Shown here: positions 26,705 to 36,884 of the stretch, one piece after another
How the letters are laid out: each line of letters opens with the position of its first letter
How positions within the stretch are numbered: position 1 is the first letter of the stretch
Source of the DNA: an uncultured Alphaproteobacteria bacterium
GTDB taxonomy: Bacteria > Pseudomonadota > Alphaproteobacteria > SMXQ01
Direction of reading: 5' to 3'
Assembly (NCBI GenBank): GCA_963732875.1
Contig: CAVTBD010000001.1
Span: 20,780 to 84,779, forward strand
Length of the DNA: 64,000 bases
Program-made: the position numbers and the translations under genes
The notes under the pieces: generated by a model
Told to the model about the DNA's origin: nothing
Databases searched by the model: none
Seen by the model: the letters and a program-made list of their open reading frames with translations, nothing else

Positions 26705-28048
26705 TCATTCCGCCGGCTTGGGGACACGCAGGTTGTGGCGGCGCACCACCAGCCATACCGGCAGGCCCACGGCGACCGCGGCGATGCCCACCAGCGCGCC
26801 GATCCCGGTATAGGCGAGCGCCGCGTGCAGCATGAAGCCGGCGGCGGCACAAAATACCAGCGGCGTGACCGGGTAGAACGGCACGCGGAAGCCCTCCCGC
26901 GCCGCGTCCCCACCCCGGTCGCGCGCGCGCAGCACGAACAGCGACAGGGCGGTCAGCAGCAGGAAGAACCAGAACACCGGCGCGGTGTAGTCGACCATGG
27001 TGGCGAAGCCCTTGCGCGTCGCGGTGCCGAGCCCGATCAGGGCGAGCGCCAGCACGCCCTGGACGATATGCGCCATGACCGGCCCCTGGGCGCCGGGGTC
27101 CCAGCGCCCGAGTGCCACCAGCAGGCGGGTATCGCGCCCCATGGCATAGGCCGAGCGCGCGCCGGTGAAGATGGTCGCGTTCATGGTGGTCGCCGCCGCC
27201 ACCAGGATCAGCGCCGACAGCACCAAAGCGCCGGGCCGGCCCAGCAGCGCCGCCATGTAGTCGGCGCCGATGGCATCCGAGCGGCCCATGGCGGCCGGAC
27301 CCAGCACGTGGAGATAGGCGGCGTTGAGCGCGAGGTAAAGCACCGCCACCACGGCGGTCGCGATCACCGCGACCCGCACCATGCTGGTGCGCACGTTCTT
27401 GAGCTCGCCGGAGAGGTAGGCGGCCTCGTTCCAGCCGCCGTAGGTGAGCATGACGAAGATCATGGCAAAGCCGAGCCCGGCCATGACGCCGCCGCGCGGC
27501 ACCGGCGCGGCCTCGGCGGGCGAGACCGGGCCGAGCGCGAAGCCGACCACGGCGGCCACCAGCACCGCCGTCACCAGCAACACGGCGAGGCCATCCTGCA
27601 CGCGTGCGGAAATGTGCGTGCCGCGCACGTTGAGCGCGGTGAGCGCGATCACCGAGGCGGCGGCATAGAGCGAGGCGCCCCAGGGGCCGAGGTCGAGGAG
27701 GCGCTGGGCGTAGTCGCCGAACACGAAGGCGACCGCGGCGATGGCGCCGGTCTGCACCACCGTGAGCCGCGCCCAGGCGAACAGGAAGGCGGTACCGGGG
27801 CCGAACGCGCGCCGCAGGAAATGGTACTCGCCGCCGGCGTCGGGATAGCGTGAGGCCAATTCGGCGTAGCACAGCGAACCGATCAGCATGATCGCCGCCC
27901 CCGCCACCCAGGCGGCGAGGATCAGCGTGCCCTCGCCGAGGCTGCCCGCCACCAGGGACGGCGCCTTGAACACGCCGATGCCGACCACCATGCCGACCAT
28001 CAGCGCGACGCCGTCGCGCACGCGCAGGTTGGCGCGCGGTTCCGCCAT
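26705..28048 (-). CDS. APC-family amino acid permease
   Basis: MAEPRANLRVRDGVALMVGMVVGIGVFKAP... with 12 TM segments. The longer ORF extending to 28153 was rejected in favour of the ATG at 28048. Confidence 0.8.
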   Translation of the reverse strand: MAEPRANLRVRDGVALMVGMVVGIGVFKAPSLVAGSLGEGTLILAAWVAGAAIMLIGSLCYAELASRYPDAGGEYHFLRRAFGPGTAFLFAWARLTVVQTGAIAAVAFVFGDYAQRLLDLGPWGASLYAAASVIALTALNVRGTHISARVQDGLAVLLVTAVLVAAVVGFALGPVSPAEAAPVPRGGVMAGLGFAMIFVMLTYGGWNEAAYLSGELKNVRTSMVRVAVIATAVVAVLYLALNAAYLHVLGPAAMGRSDAIGADYMAALLGRPGALVLSALILVAAATTMNATIFTGARSAYAMGRDTRLLVALGRWDPGAQGPVMAHIVQGVLALALIGLGTATRKGFATMVDYTAPVFWFFLLLTALSLFVLRARDRGGDAAREGFRVPFYPVTPLVFCAAAGFMLHAALAYTGIGALVGIAAVAVGLPVWLVVRRHNLRVPKPAE

Positions 28049-28108
28049 TGTCGCCTCCTTCCCGATTCCCGATACCGCTAGAGCAAATTCGTGTTTGGGT
28101 GAGAGAAT

Positions 28109-28206
28109 CTCCCCCTCACCCAGCTCCGGGTAAGCTCGGCTTCGCCTCGCCAACCCTTCTCAACCCTCTCCCCCCGCCGGGGGGGAGAGGGCAGGGTGAG
28201 GGGGGC
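28109..28206. repeat. GGAGAGGG-hairpin intergenic repeat element, copy 3 of 3 (inverted orientation)
   Basis: CCCCCTCACCCagctccggg...CCCTCTCCCCCCgccgGGGGGGAGAGGGcaGGGTGAGGGGGG. Confidence 0.7.
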
Positions 28207-28231
28207 TGATTCCATCCAACAGAAACATGTC

Positions 28232-29161
28232 TCAGTTGTCCGCCTTCACCCGGTAGGCCGACCACGGCACGGTCGCGTCCTGGACGCCGCCGGACAGATG
28301 CACCGTGCCCTCGATGCGGTCGCCCTTGACCGTACCGACGAAGTCGTGGCGCACGATGCGCTCCTCCATCTCGCCGGTGGCCGAGAATGCGATCCTGTCT
28401 CCAGTAATCTTCGCGTCGTGGATGCGCATGTTGTTGAGGTTGACCACCAGCTTGCCGTCGATGTCCTGGAAGTGCTGGCCGATGTGGCCTTCGTACTTCA
28501 CCGCGCCGTTGAAGTAGGCGGGGTACGACACGGTCCAGTTCCACTGGCCCGCGACGTGGGCCGGCACCACCCAGTAGTAGACGATGTCCTCCTCGCCGCG
28601 GGTCTCGGACGGGATCACCGTGGCCTTATCGAAGCGCCAGTCGCCGAGGTGGTAGTCGTGGGAGACGATGCGCGTGCCCGGCTTGAGCGCGAACAGCTTG
28701 GGCCGCAGGCGCAGCACCACCTCGGGCAGCAGGTACATGGTGACGATAGTGGCGCGCGAGAAATCTTCCTTGAACAGGTCGCGGACGTAGAATTTGGCGC
28801 GCGCGCCGACGCCTTCCTTGGCGGCGCGCGCGTTCGCGACCTTGACCAGGCCTTCGTTGAGATCGACGCCGTAGCCCGACGCGCCGTAGCTCTTGGCGGC
28901 GGCGATCACGATGCGCCCGTCGCCCGAGCCGAGGTCGATGACGTAGTCCTTTGGCGTCGGCTTGGCGAACCTGAACATCGCGTCGAGCACCTTGTTGCCC
29001 GACGGCACGAACGGCACGTCGAGCTGGTCGGAACGGTTCTCGACCTCGGGCGTGACCTCCTGGGCCGACGGCGCGAGGGGAACGAGAGCGGACGCGAAGA
29101 CGATGGCGGCGGCGAATATGGCGGCGCGGCGCGCGCGGCACCACGAGACGGTCGCAAACAT
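28232..29161 (-). CDS. Secreted class I SAM-dependent methyltransferase
   Basis: Signal peptide, then motif I VIDLGSGDGRIVIAAA and an extended C-terminal beta-rich domain. Confidence 0.65.
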   Translation of the reverse strand: MFATVSWCRARRAAIFAAAIVFASALVPLAPSAQEVTPEVENRSDQLDVPFVPSGNKVLDAMFRFAKPTPKDYVIDLGSGDGRIVIAAAKSYGASGYGVDLNEGLVKVANARAAKEGVGARAKFYVRDLFKEDFSRATIVTMYLLPEVVLRLRPKLFALKPGTRIVSHDYHLGDWRFDKATVIPSETRGEEDIVYYWVVPAHVAGQWNWTVSYPAYFNGAVKYEGHIGQHFQDIDGKLVVNLNNMRIHDAKITGDRIAFSATGEMEERIVRHDFVGTVKGDRIEGTVHLSGGVQDATVPWSAYRVKADN

Positions 29162-29240
29162 GGACAGAGCCTCCCGAGAGCCTGATCGGCTCGGATCGGA
29201 ACGATCCCGAGCCGTAAATCAGGCTCTACACTTTGAATTC

Positions 29241-29290
29241 AGAGCAGGATTCACGGTTCAGATTGTTTCAATCTGAACCGACCCTGCTCT
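29241..29290. repeat. About 50-bp nested palindromic repeat element (copy 2 of 2)
   Basis: AGAGCAGGATTCACGGTTCAGATTGTTTCAATCTGAACCGACCCTGCTCT. Confidence 0.7.
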
Positions 29291-29450
29291 GGCGAATCGA
29301 CAGGATCGAACGCACACGCCGCCCGACGGCTTGGGCGGCGGAGCGATCCCGCTCCGCTGTCGCGCCGGTTCGGCCCGGTGCCGGGGGTGTCGTCTCGGAA
29401 ATGGATTCCGCACGGGGATTGCGGCTTAAATATGACCCAGAGAGGGGGAG

Positions 29451-29478
29451 AAAAAGGGCGGCGCCATGGGCGCCGCCC
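29451..29478 (-). terminator. Rho-independent terminator downstream of gltB
   Basis: Minus strand GGGCGGCGCC-cat-GGCGCCGCCC followed by TTTTTCTCCCCC. Confidence 0.65.
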
Positions 29479-29506
29479 TCCTGTCTTCGGCCTGCTTGAG
29501 CCCCGC

Positions 29507-32500
29507 TCAGGCGCGCTCGGCGCCGGCCTGTTCGGCCTGCTCGCGGCTCACCGGGTGCTCCAGGATCGCCAGCATCTCGCGCGGGATCACCTGCCAGAAC
29601 TTGCCCTTCTCACGGTTCCAGGCATTGAGCAGCCGTTCGGCGAAGCGCGACTGGGTGTTCTCCACGTGCCGCTCGACCAGGCGCTTCAAGCGCTTTTCCC
29701 AGTACGGCATCTCGATGCGCTGCCACACCAGGGTCTCGGGGTTGAGGCGTTCCTCGAACGAGCCGTCGGAGTCGTAGACGAACGCCATGCCGCCGGTCAT
29801 GCCGGCGCCGAAGTTGTCGCCGACCGGGCCGAGGATCACGACCGTGCCGCCGGTCATGTACTCGCAGCCGTTGGAACCGCAGCCTTCCACCACCGCTTCC
29901 GCGCCCGAGTTGCGCACGCAGAAACGCTCGCCCGCCTGGCCCGCCGCGAACAGGGAGCCCGCGGTCGCGCCGTAGAGCACGGTATTGCCGACGATGGTGT
30001 TCTCGTTGGAGACCAGCGGCGAAGACGCCAGCGGCCGCACCACGATGGTGCCGCCCGACAGGCCCTTGCCGCAGTAGTCGTTGGCATCGCCGAACACCTC
30101 GAGCTTGAGGCCCTGCACCGCGAAGGCGCCGAGCGACTGGCCCGCGGTGCCGCGCAGGCGCACCGTCACCTGGCCCGGTTCCAGCTTGTCCATGCCGAAG
30201 CGGCGCACGATCGCCGACGACAGCTTGGCGCCGATGGCGCGCTGGGTGTTGCGGACGTTGTACTGGAGCTGCATTTTCTCGCCCACTTCGAGCGCGGGCG
30301 CGGCGTCTTCGATCATCTCCGCGTCCAGGGTCTCGGGCACCTCGTTGCGACCCTCGATGGTGCAGAAGCGCGCGAGATGACCAGCGTCGGCCATGGCCAG
30401 CAGCGGGTTGAGGTCGAGGTCGTCGAGATGCTCCGAGCCGCGGCTCACCTGGGTCAGCAGGTCGGTGCGGCCGATGACTTCCTTGATGGAACGGGCACCG
30501 AGGCCGGCGAGGATCTCGCGCACCTCTTCGGCGATGAAGCTCATCAGGTTGACGATCTTCTCGGGAGTCCCGGTGAACTTCTCGCGCAGCTTGGGCGACT
30601 GGGTGCACACGCCGACCGGGCAGGTGTTGGAGTGGCACTGGCGCACCATGATGCAGCCCATGGCGACGAGGCTGATGGTGCCGATGCCGAACTCCTCGGC
30701 GCCGAGCAGCGCCGCCATCACCACGTCGCGGCCGGTCTTGAAGCCGCCGTCGACGCGCAGCGTCACGCGGTGGCGCAGCTGGTTGAGCGTCAGCACCTGG
30801 TTGACCTCGCTCAACCCCATCTCCCACGGGAGCCCTGCGTACTTGATCGAGCTCTGGGGCGAGGCGCCGGTGCCGCCCGAGTGGCCGGAGATCAGGATGG
30901 TGTCGGCCTTGGCCTTGGCGACGCCCGCCGCGATGGTGCCGATGCCGGTCTGGGACACCAGCTTCACGCATACCTTGGCGTCGGGGTTGATCTGCTTCAA
31001 GTCGTAGATCAGCTGCGCCAGGTCCTCGATCGAGTAGATGTCGTGGTGCGGCGGCGGCGAGATCAGCGTGATGCCGGGCGTCGAATGACGCAGGCGCGCG
31101 ATCATCTCGGTCACCTTGATGCCGGGCAGTTGGCCGCCCTCGCCGGGCTTTGCGCCCTGGGCGATCTTGATCTCGAGCTCGCGGCAGTTGTTGAGGTATT
31201 CCGCGGTCACGCCGAAGCGGCCCGACGCCACCTGCTTGATGGCGGAGGACGCGTTGTCGCCGTTGGAGCGCGGCCGGTAGCGCGCCGGGTCCTCGCCGCC
31301 CTCGCCCGAGTCCGAGCGCGCGCCGATGCGGTTCATGGCGATCGAGAGCGTCTCGTGGGCTTCCGGCGACAGTGCGCCGAGCGAGATGCCGGGCGCGACC
31401 AGACGGCGGCGGATGTCGGTGATCGATTCCACCGCCTCGAGGTCGACCGGCGGCATGATCTCCTTGAAGTCGAGCAGGTCGCGCAGGTTCACCGGCGAGC
31501 CCGAGCGGGTCATGTCGGAGAAGCGCTTGTAGACGGTATAGCTGTCGCTCGCCACCGCCTCCTGAAGCGTGTGGATCATGTCGCCCGAGAGCGCATGGGC
31601 CTCGCCCGAGCGGCGGAACACGTAGAAGCCGCCGACCGGGAGCGTGACGTTGCCGGCCTGGTAGGCGTCGTCGTGCAGGTCGGCCGACTTGCGCTGTATG
31701 CCCGACAGCCCGATGCCGGAGATGCGGGACGTCATGCCGGGGAAGTATTCGGCGACCAGCGCGCGGGAAAGCCCCACCGCCTCGAAGTTGTAGCCGCCGC
31801 GGTAGGACGACAGCACCGAGATGCCCATCTTCGACATGACCTTGAGCAGGCCCGCGTCCGCCGCCTTCTTGTAGTTATGCACGCAGTCCTCGGGCGTGAG
31901 GCCCGGGAACAGGCCGCGCCGGTGGCGGTCCTTGATGGACTCCTCGGCGAGGTAGGCGTTGACCGTGGTCGCGCCGACGCCGATCAGCACGGCGAAGTAA
32001 TGCACGTCCATGCATTCGCCGGTGCGCACGTTGAGCGAGGTGAAGGTGCGGAGCTGCTGGCGCACGAGGTGGGTATGCACCGCGCCCGCGGCGAGGATCA
32101 TCGGGATCGCCGTGCGCTTGGGGCCCATGCCCTGGTCGGTCAGGATCACGTGCACGGCACCGCCGCGCACCGCGTCCTCGGCCTCGCGCTGGATGCGGTC
32201 GATCGCCTCGCGCAGCGCGCCCTCGCCCTTCGCCACGTCGAAAGTGCAGTCGAGCTCGACGGCGTTGCGGCCCATGTAGTCGCGCATGGCCTGGAACTCG
32301 GCGTTGGACAGCACCGGGGTCTCGAGCTGCAGCAGATGGGTCTGCGACTCGTCCTCGTCGAGAATGTTGCCGAGGTTGCCGAGCCGCGTCTTGATGCTCA
32401 TCTGGTAGTTCTCGCGCAGGCTGTCGATCGGCGGGTTGGTGACCTGCGAGAAGTTCTGGCGGAAGAAGTGATGCAGACCGCGGTAGCGCTCCGACAGCAC

Positions 32501-34087
32501 CGCGAGCGGCGTGTCGTCGCCCATGGAGCCGATCGGCTCCTTGCCGTCCTCCACCATGGGGTGGAGGATCATCTCGAGCTCCTCCATGGTGTAGCCGAGC
32601 GCACGCTGGCGCTGGCGCAGCTCGTCGCGCTCGTAGAGCGGCGCCGCTTCCTTCTCGGCGCGGATCAGCGAATCGAGCGGCTTGATGTTGCGGACCCACC
32701 TGGAATAGGGGCTGCGTCCGGCGAGCATGTCCTTGAGCTCGGCGTTGGCGTAGAACTTCCCTTCGTGCAGGTCGACGCCGATCATGCCGCCCGGGCCGAC
32801 GCGGCCCTTGCGGGTGATGTTCGATTCGCTGACCGGCACCATGCCCGATTCCGAGCCGACGATGAGCAGGCCGTCGCGCGTCAGCGTGTAGCGCATCGGG
32901 CGCAGGCCGTTGCGGTCCATGCCGGCGATCACCCAGCGGCCGTCGGTGGCGCACACCGCGGCGGGGCCGTCCCACGGCTCCATCACGCAGTTGCAGTAGG
33001 AATAGAAGTCCTTGTGGCTGTCGGGCATCAGCGCCTTGTTGGCCCAGGAATCCGGGATCAGCATGGACTTGACCATGGGCGCCGGGCGGCCGGCGCGCGC
33101 CAGCACCTCGAACACCGCGTCGAGCGCGGCCGAATCGGACGAGCCCGACTGGATCACCGGCTTGATGTCGGCGATGTGGTCGCCGAACACGTCCGACGCC
33201 ATGCGCGTCTCGTGGCTCTTCATCCAGTTGGTGTTGCCGCGCAGCGTGTTGATCTCGCCGTTGTGGGCGAGCATGCGGAACGGCTGCGCCAGGCGCCAGT
33301 TGGGGAAGGTGTTGGTCGAGTAGCGCTGGTGGATGATCGCGAACGACGAGATGAACCGCTCGTCGAGCAGGTCCGGGTAGAACTGGTCCACCTGCTCGGC
33401 GAGGAACAGGCCCTTGTAGATGATCGAGCGGCAGCTCAGCGAGCAGATGTAGAAGTCGGAGATGTATTCCGACAGCACGCGCTTCTCGATGCGCCGGCGG
33501 ATGACGTAGAGGTCGGTCTCGAACTGGGCCTGGCCGACGCCCGGGTTGGACGCGATCATGATCTGCTCGATCTCGGGCCGCGTGGCGTTGGCCTTGTCGC
33601 CGATCACCTCCACGTTCACCGGCACCTGGCGCCAGCCGTAGATGGTGTAGCCGAAGTTCAGGATCTCGCTCTCGACGATGGTGCGGCAGCGCTCGAGCTG
33701 GTTGAGGTCGGCCTTGGGCAGGAACACCATGCCGACGCCGAGGCGCCCCGAGCGCGGCTCGTGGCCGGTACGCGCGATGTGCTCCTTGAAGAAGTCCTGG
33801 GGGATCTCGACGTGGATGCCGGCGCCGTCGCCGGTCTTGCCGTCGGCGTCCACGGCGCCGCGGTGCCACAGCGCCTTGAGCGCGTTGATGGCGGCCACCA
33901 CCACCTCGCGGCGCGGCTTGCCGTCGAGTGCCGCGACCAGGCCGACGCCGCAGGCGTCGTGCTCCTGGGACGGATGATAGGCGTGGGCGGCTTCCAGGGT
34001 CTCGGCGTTGCGGCGCCACAGGCGCACGCTCTCTTCACCGCTCGTCAGCCCGTTCATCGGCCCATTCATCGGAATATTCTTGTCCAT
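29507..34087 (-). CDS. gltB: Glutamate synthase [NADPH] large subunit
   Basis: About 1526 aa: amidotransferase N-terminal (HDACGVGLVA), FMN/[3Fe-4S] domains and a GXGXG C-terminal domain. Start set at MDKNIP within ORF 29507..34153. Confidence 0.95.
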   Translation of the reverse strand: MDKNIPMNGPMNGLTSGEESVRLWRRNAETLEAAHAYHPSQEHDACGVGLVAALDGKPRREVVVAAINALKALWHRGAVDADGKTGDGAGIHVEIPQDFFKEHIARTGHEPRSGRLGVGMVFLPKADLNQLERCRTIVESEILNFGYTIYGWRQVPVNVEVIGDKANATRPEIEQIMIASNPGVGQAQFETDLYVIRRRIEKRVLSEYISDFYICSLSCRSIIYKGLFLAEQVDQFYPDLLDERFISSFAIIHQRYSTNTFPNWRLAQPFRMLAHNGEINTLRGNTNWMKSHETRMASDVFGDHIADIKPVIQSGSSDSAALDAVFEVLARAGRPAPMVKSMLIPDSWANKALMPDSHKDFYSYCNCVMEPWDGPAAVCATDGRWVIAGMDRNGLRPMRYTLTRDGLLIVGSESGMVPVSESNITRKGRVGPGGMIGVDLHEGKFYANAELKDMLAGRSPYSRWVRNIKPLDSLIRAEKEAAPLYERDELRQRQRALGYTMEELEMILHPMVEDGKEPIGSMGDDTPLAVLSERYRGLHHFFRQNFSQVTNPPIDSLRENYQMSIKTRLGNLGNILDEDESQTHLLQLETPVLSNAEFQAMRDYMGRNAVELDCTFDVAKGEGALREAIDRIQREAEDAVRGGAVHVILTDQGMGPKRTAIPMILAAGAVHTHLVRQQLRTFTSLNVRTGECMDVHYFAVLIGVGATTVNAYLAEESIKDRHRRGLFPGLTPEDCVHNYKKAADAGLLKVMSKMGISVLSSYRGGYNFEAVGLSRALVAEYFPGMTSRISGIGLSGIQRKSADLHDDAYQAGNVTLPVGGFYVFRRSGEAHALSGDMIHTLQEAVASDSYTVYKRFSDMTRSGSPVNLRDLLDFKEIMPPVDLEAVESITDIRRRLVAPGISLGALSPEAHETLSIAMNRIGARSDSGEGGEDPARYRPRSNGDNASSAIKQVASGRFGVTAEYLNNCRELEIKIAQGAKPGEGGQLPGIKVTEMIARLRHSTPGITLISPPPHHDIYSIEDLAQLIYDLKQINPDAKVCVKLVSQTGIGTIAAGVAKAKADTILISGHSGGTGASPQSSIKYAGLPWEMGLSEVNQVLTLNQLRHRVTLRVDGGFKTGRDVVMAALLGAEEFGIGTISLVAMGCIMVRQCHSNTCPVGVCTQSPKLREKFTGTPEKIVNLMSFIAEEVREILAGLGARSIKEVIGRTDLLTQVSRGSEHLDDLDLNPLLAMADAGHLARFCTIEGRNEVPETLDAEMIEDAAPALEVGEKMQLQYNVRNTQRAIGAKLSSAIVRRFGMDKLEPGQVTVRLRGTAGQSLGAFAVQGLKLEVFGDANDYCGKGLSGGTIVVRPLASSPLVSNENTIVGNTVLYGATAGSLFAAGQAGERFCVRNSGAEAVVEGCGSNGCEYMTGGTVVILGPVGDNFGAGMTGGMAFVYDSDGSFEERLNPETLVWQRIEMPYWEKRLKRLVERHVENTQSRFAERLLNAWNREKGKFWQVIPREMLAILEHPVSREQAEQAGAERA

Positions 34088-34100
34088 CGCGGGGGTCCCC

Positions 34101-35546
34101 CTATTCGGCGGCGCTGCGCGCGCCGGCGTGGGCGCGGGTCTCGCACCAGGCATGGATCGCGTCGGCGGCCTGACGGCCGTCGTGGATCGCCCACACCACC
34201 AGCGAGGCGCCGCGCACGATGTCGCCGGCGGCGAACACGCCGTCCACGGACGTCATCAGGTTGCGGTAGTTCACCTTGATCGTGCCCCAGCGGGTCACGG
34301 TGAGATCGGGCTCGCCGAACAGGGTCGGCAGGTCCTCAGGGTCGAAGCCGAGCGCCTTGATGACGAGATCGGCGTCCTCGGTGAAGCTCGAGCCCTCGAT
34401 CGGCTCCGGCGTCTGGCGGCCCGACGCGTCGGGCACGCCGAGGTGGATGCGCTGGGAGCGCACGCCCGCGACCTTGCCGTTGCCGAGCATCGCCTCGGGT
34501 GCGGCCAGCCACACGAACTCGACGCCTTCCTCCTCGGCGTGGGCTACCTCGCGGCGCGAGCCGGGCATGTTGTCTCGGTCGCGGCGATAGAGGCACTTGA
34601 CCGACCTGGCGCCCTGGCGCACGGCGGTGCGTACGCAGTCCATGGCGGTGTCGCCGCCGCCGATCACGACCACGCTGCGGCCGTGGGCGTCGAGCGTGCC
34701 GTCCTCGAACAGCGGCACCTTGTCGCCGAGGCCCTTGCGGTTGGACGCGGTGAGGTAGTCCATCGCCTGGAAGATGCCCTTGAGGCCGGCGCCCGGCATC
34801 TTGAGGTCGCGTGCCTTGTAGACGCCGGTAGCGATCAGCACCGCGTCGTGGCGCTGGCGCAGTTCGGCGAGCGTCGCGTCGCGGCCGACCTCGAAGTCGA
34901 GGTGGAAGGTGATGCCGCCGTCGGCCAGCAGCTTCGCGCGCCGCGCGACGATCTCCTTCTCCAGCTTGAAGTTGGGAATGCCGTAGATCAGGAGCCCGCC
35001 GACCCGGTCGTAGCGGTCGTAGACGTGGACCGCGTAGCCGCGCCGGCGGAGCTGCTCGGCGGCGGCGAGGCCGGCCGGCCCGGCGCCGATGATGCCGGCC
35101 GAGCGGCCGTTCTCGCGCGCGGGCTTGGGCGGCTTGACCCAGCCTTTCTGGAACGCGGTGTCGGTGATGTACTTCTCGACCGCGCCGATCGTGACGGTGC
35201 CGTGGCCCGACTGCTCGAGCACGCAGTTGCCTTCGCACAGGCGGTCCTGGGGGCAGATGCGGCCGCACACCTCGGGCATGTTGTTGGTGGCGGCGGAGAC
35301 CTCGTAGGCCTCCTCGAGCCGGCCCTCGGCGGTCAGCTTGAGCCAGTCCGGGATGTTGTTGGAGACCGGGCAGTGCACCTGGCAGAACGGCACGCCGCAT
35401 TGGGAACAGCGCGCGGCCTGCTCGGCGGCGCCCTCGTCGGAGAACTTGCCGTAGATCTCGCCGAAGTCGTCGCGGCGCTGGTCGGCGCCGCGCTTGTCGG
35501 GCATCTGGCCGGTGCGGCCGATGAACTTGAGCATTTGCTGGGGCAT
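34101..35546 (-). CDS. gltD: Glutamate synthase small subunit
   Basis: CSQCGVPFCQVHCPV Fe-S motifs and FAD/NADPH Rossmann folds (GIIGAGPAGLAAA, VVVIGGGDTAMD). Start at MPQQMLKF... within the longer ORF. Confidence 0.9.
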   Translation of the reverse strand: MPQQMLKFIGRTGQMPDKRGADQRRDDFGEIYGKFSDEGAAEQAARCSQCGVPFCQVHCPVSNNIPDWLKLTAEGRLEEAYEVSAATNNMPEVCGRICPQDRLCEGNCVLEQSGHGTVTIGAVEKYITDTAFQKGWVKPPKPARENGRSAGIIGAGPAGLAAAEQLRRRGYAVHVYDRYDRVGGLLIYGIPNFKLEKEIVARRAKLLADGGITFHLDFEVGRDATLAELRQRHDAVLIATGVYKARDLKMPGAGLKGIFQAMDYLTASNRKGLGDKVPLFEDGTLDAHGRSVVVIGGGDTAMDCVRTAVRQGARSVKCLYRRDRDNMPGSRREVAHAEEEGVEFVWLAAPEAMLGNGKVAGVRSQRIHLGVPDASGRQTPEPIEGSSFTEDADLVIKALGFDPEDLPTLFGEPDLTVTRWGTIKVNYRNLMTSVDGVFAAGDIVRGASLVVWAIHDGRQAADAIHAWCETRAHAGARSAAE

Positions 35547-35770
35547 GCCTGCGGTGCCCTTTCCGAACAAAAAGCCTACCTTGACGATCCGGGACCGGCA
35601 TGGCCCCGGACAACACCCACGGTTTGCGCGCACTGGCCAGCCCCGCCCGCGCGGGGTGGGTAATCATGGCCAAGGTTCCGGCCTTCATCCTGAAGGGGGT
35701 GGCGCTCACACGCGTATTCGAGCTCTACATATGGGACAGAGGCCGGAAATGCGAGCGAAAACGTACATAA

Positions 35771-35789
35771 AGGTCAAATATACTGACCT
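35771..35789. promoter_or_regulatory. Perfect palindrome AGGTCA-N7-TGACCT upstream of gltDB, a candidate operator
   Basis: aggtcaaatatactgacct sits in a lower-GC segment about 150-250 bp upstream of the gltD start. Confidence 0.35.
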
Positions 35790-36043
35790 TTCAAGGCGGG
35801 CGAATTGCCCCGGCGGCCATGACATGGCCGTGAAACGCCGATGGCAGGGAAGAAACAGCGGCCATTTAGTACCGTTATGGAACTATCTTGACCGAAACTT
35901 TGTGGCCGGTGCGTTGCAACGGGCGCAATATCCTGTGCTATAAGCGGTTTGCGGTAGGTTCCCGGGCCATGGCCCGCGCCATGGGGGGAGGGGCGGACCG
36001 CCACCGGCCTGCGCCCGCGGGCTGCCAGCAGAGGGGCCGTTGC

Positions 36044-36883
36044 GTGAGCGTCACCCAGATCATCGTGGTTTCCCTGGTCCAGGGCATCACGGAATTCCTG
36101 CCGATCTCGTCCCAGGCCCACCTTATCCTGGTACCGCGGCTCACCGACTGGTGCAACCCGGGGCTGGCCCTGGACATCGCCGTGCAGGTCGGCGCGCTCG
36201 CCGCCGTGATGCTGTACTTCTGGCGCGAGTGCTTCGCCATGGGCCGGGGTGCGCTCAACCTCGTACGCGGCAGGATGACGCGGGAGGGCCGGCTGCTGCT
36301 GCTGATCGTGCTGGCGACCCTGCCGGTGCTGGCGGCGGGCTATCTGGTCAAGGAAACCGTGGGCGGCGACTTCCGCAGCCTCACGGTGATCGGCTGGGCG
36401 ACCCTGATCTGGGGCTTCGGCCTGTGGCTGGCCGACCGCTACGGGCTCCGGGTGCGCCGGGTCGAGCACATGACCTGGGGCTCGGCGCTGACCATCGGCG
36501 TGTTCCAGATGCTCGCCCTGGTGCCCGGCACCTCGCGCTCGGGCATCACCATGATCGCCGCGCGCCTGCTCGGTTTCGAACGCACCGACGCGGCGCGCTT
36601 CTCAATGCTGATGGCGATTCCGGTGATCGCGGCGGCCGCCATGCTGGCCGGACTCGACATCGCCCGGGCCGGCACCGCCCACCTCACCCGCGAGGCGCTG
36701 CTGGCGGGCGCGATCACCTTTGTGTGTGCGCTCGCCGCCATCGCGTTGCTGCTGCGCTGGCTCAGGCGCGCGACTTTCGCGCCGTTCGTGGTCTACCGGA
36801 TCGTGCTGGGACTGGTGCTGCTGGGCGCGGTCTACGGCTACGGCATCGGCGACGCCGCGCTCACCGCCGCCTGCCCGATGTAA
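36044..36883 (+). CDS. uppP: Undecaprenyl-diphosphatase
   Basis: EFLPISSQAHL and PGTSRSG motifs; GTG start at VSVTQIIVV. The upstream part of ORF 35888.. was rejected. Confidence 0.85.
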   Translation: MSVTQIIVVSLVQGITEFLPISSQAHLILVPRLTDWCNPGLALDIAVQVGALAAVMLYFWRECFAMGRGALNLVRGRMTREGRLLLLIVLATLPVLAAGYLVKETVGGDFRSLTVIGWATLIWGFGLWLADRYGLRVRRVEHMTWGSALTIGVFQMLALVPGTSRSGITMIAARLLGFERTDAARFSMLMAIPVIAAAAMLAGLDIARAGTAHLTREALLAGAITFVCALAAIALLLRWLRRATFAPFVVYRIVLGLVLLGAVYGYGIGDAALTAACPM

Positions 36884-36884
36884 G

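Noticed and set aside
35494-35943. 149-aa ORF in the gltD/uppP intergenic region
   Set aside because: No homology or signal. It overlaps a probable promoter and operator region with locally lower GC. Judged spurious.
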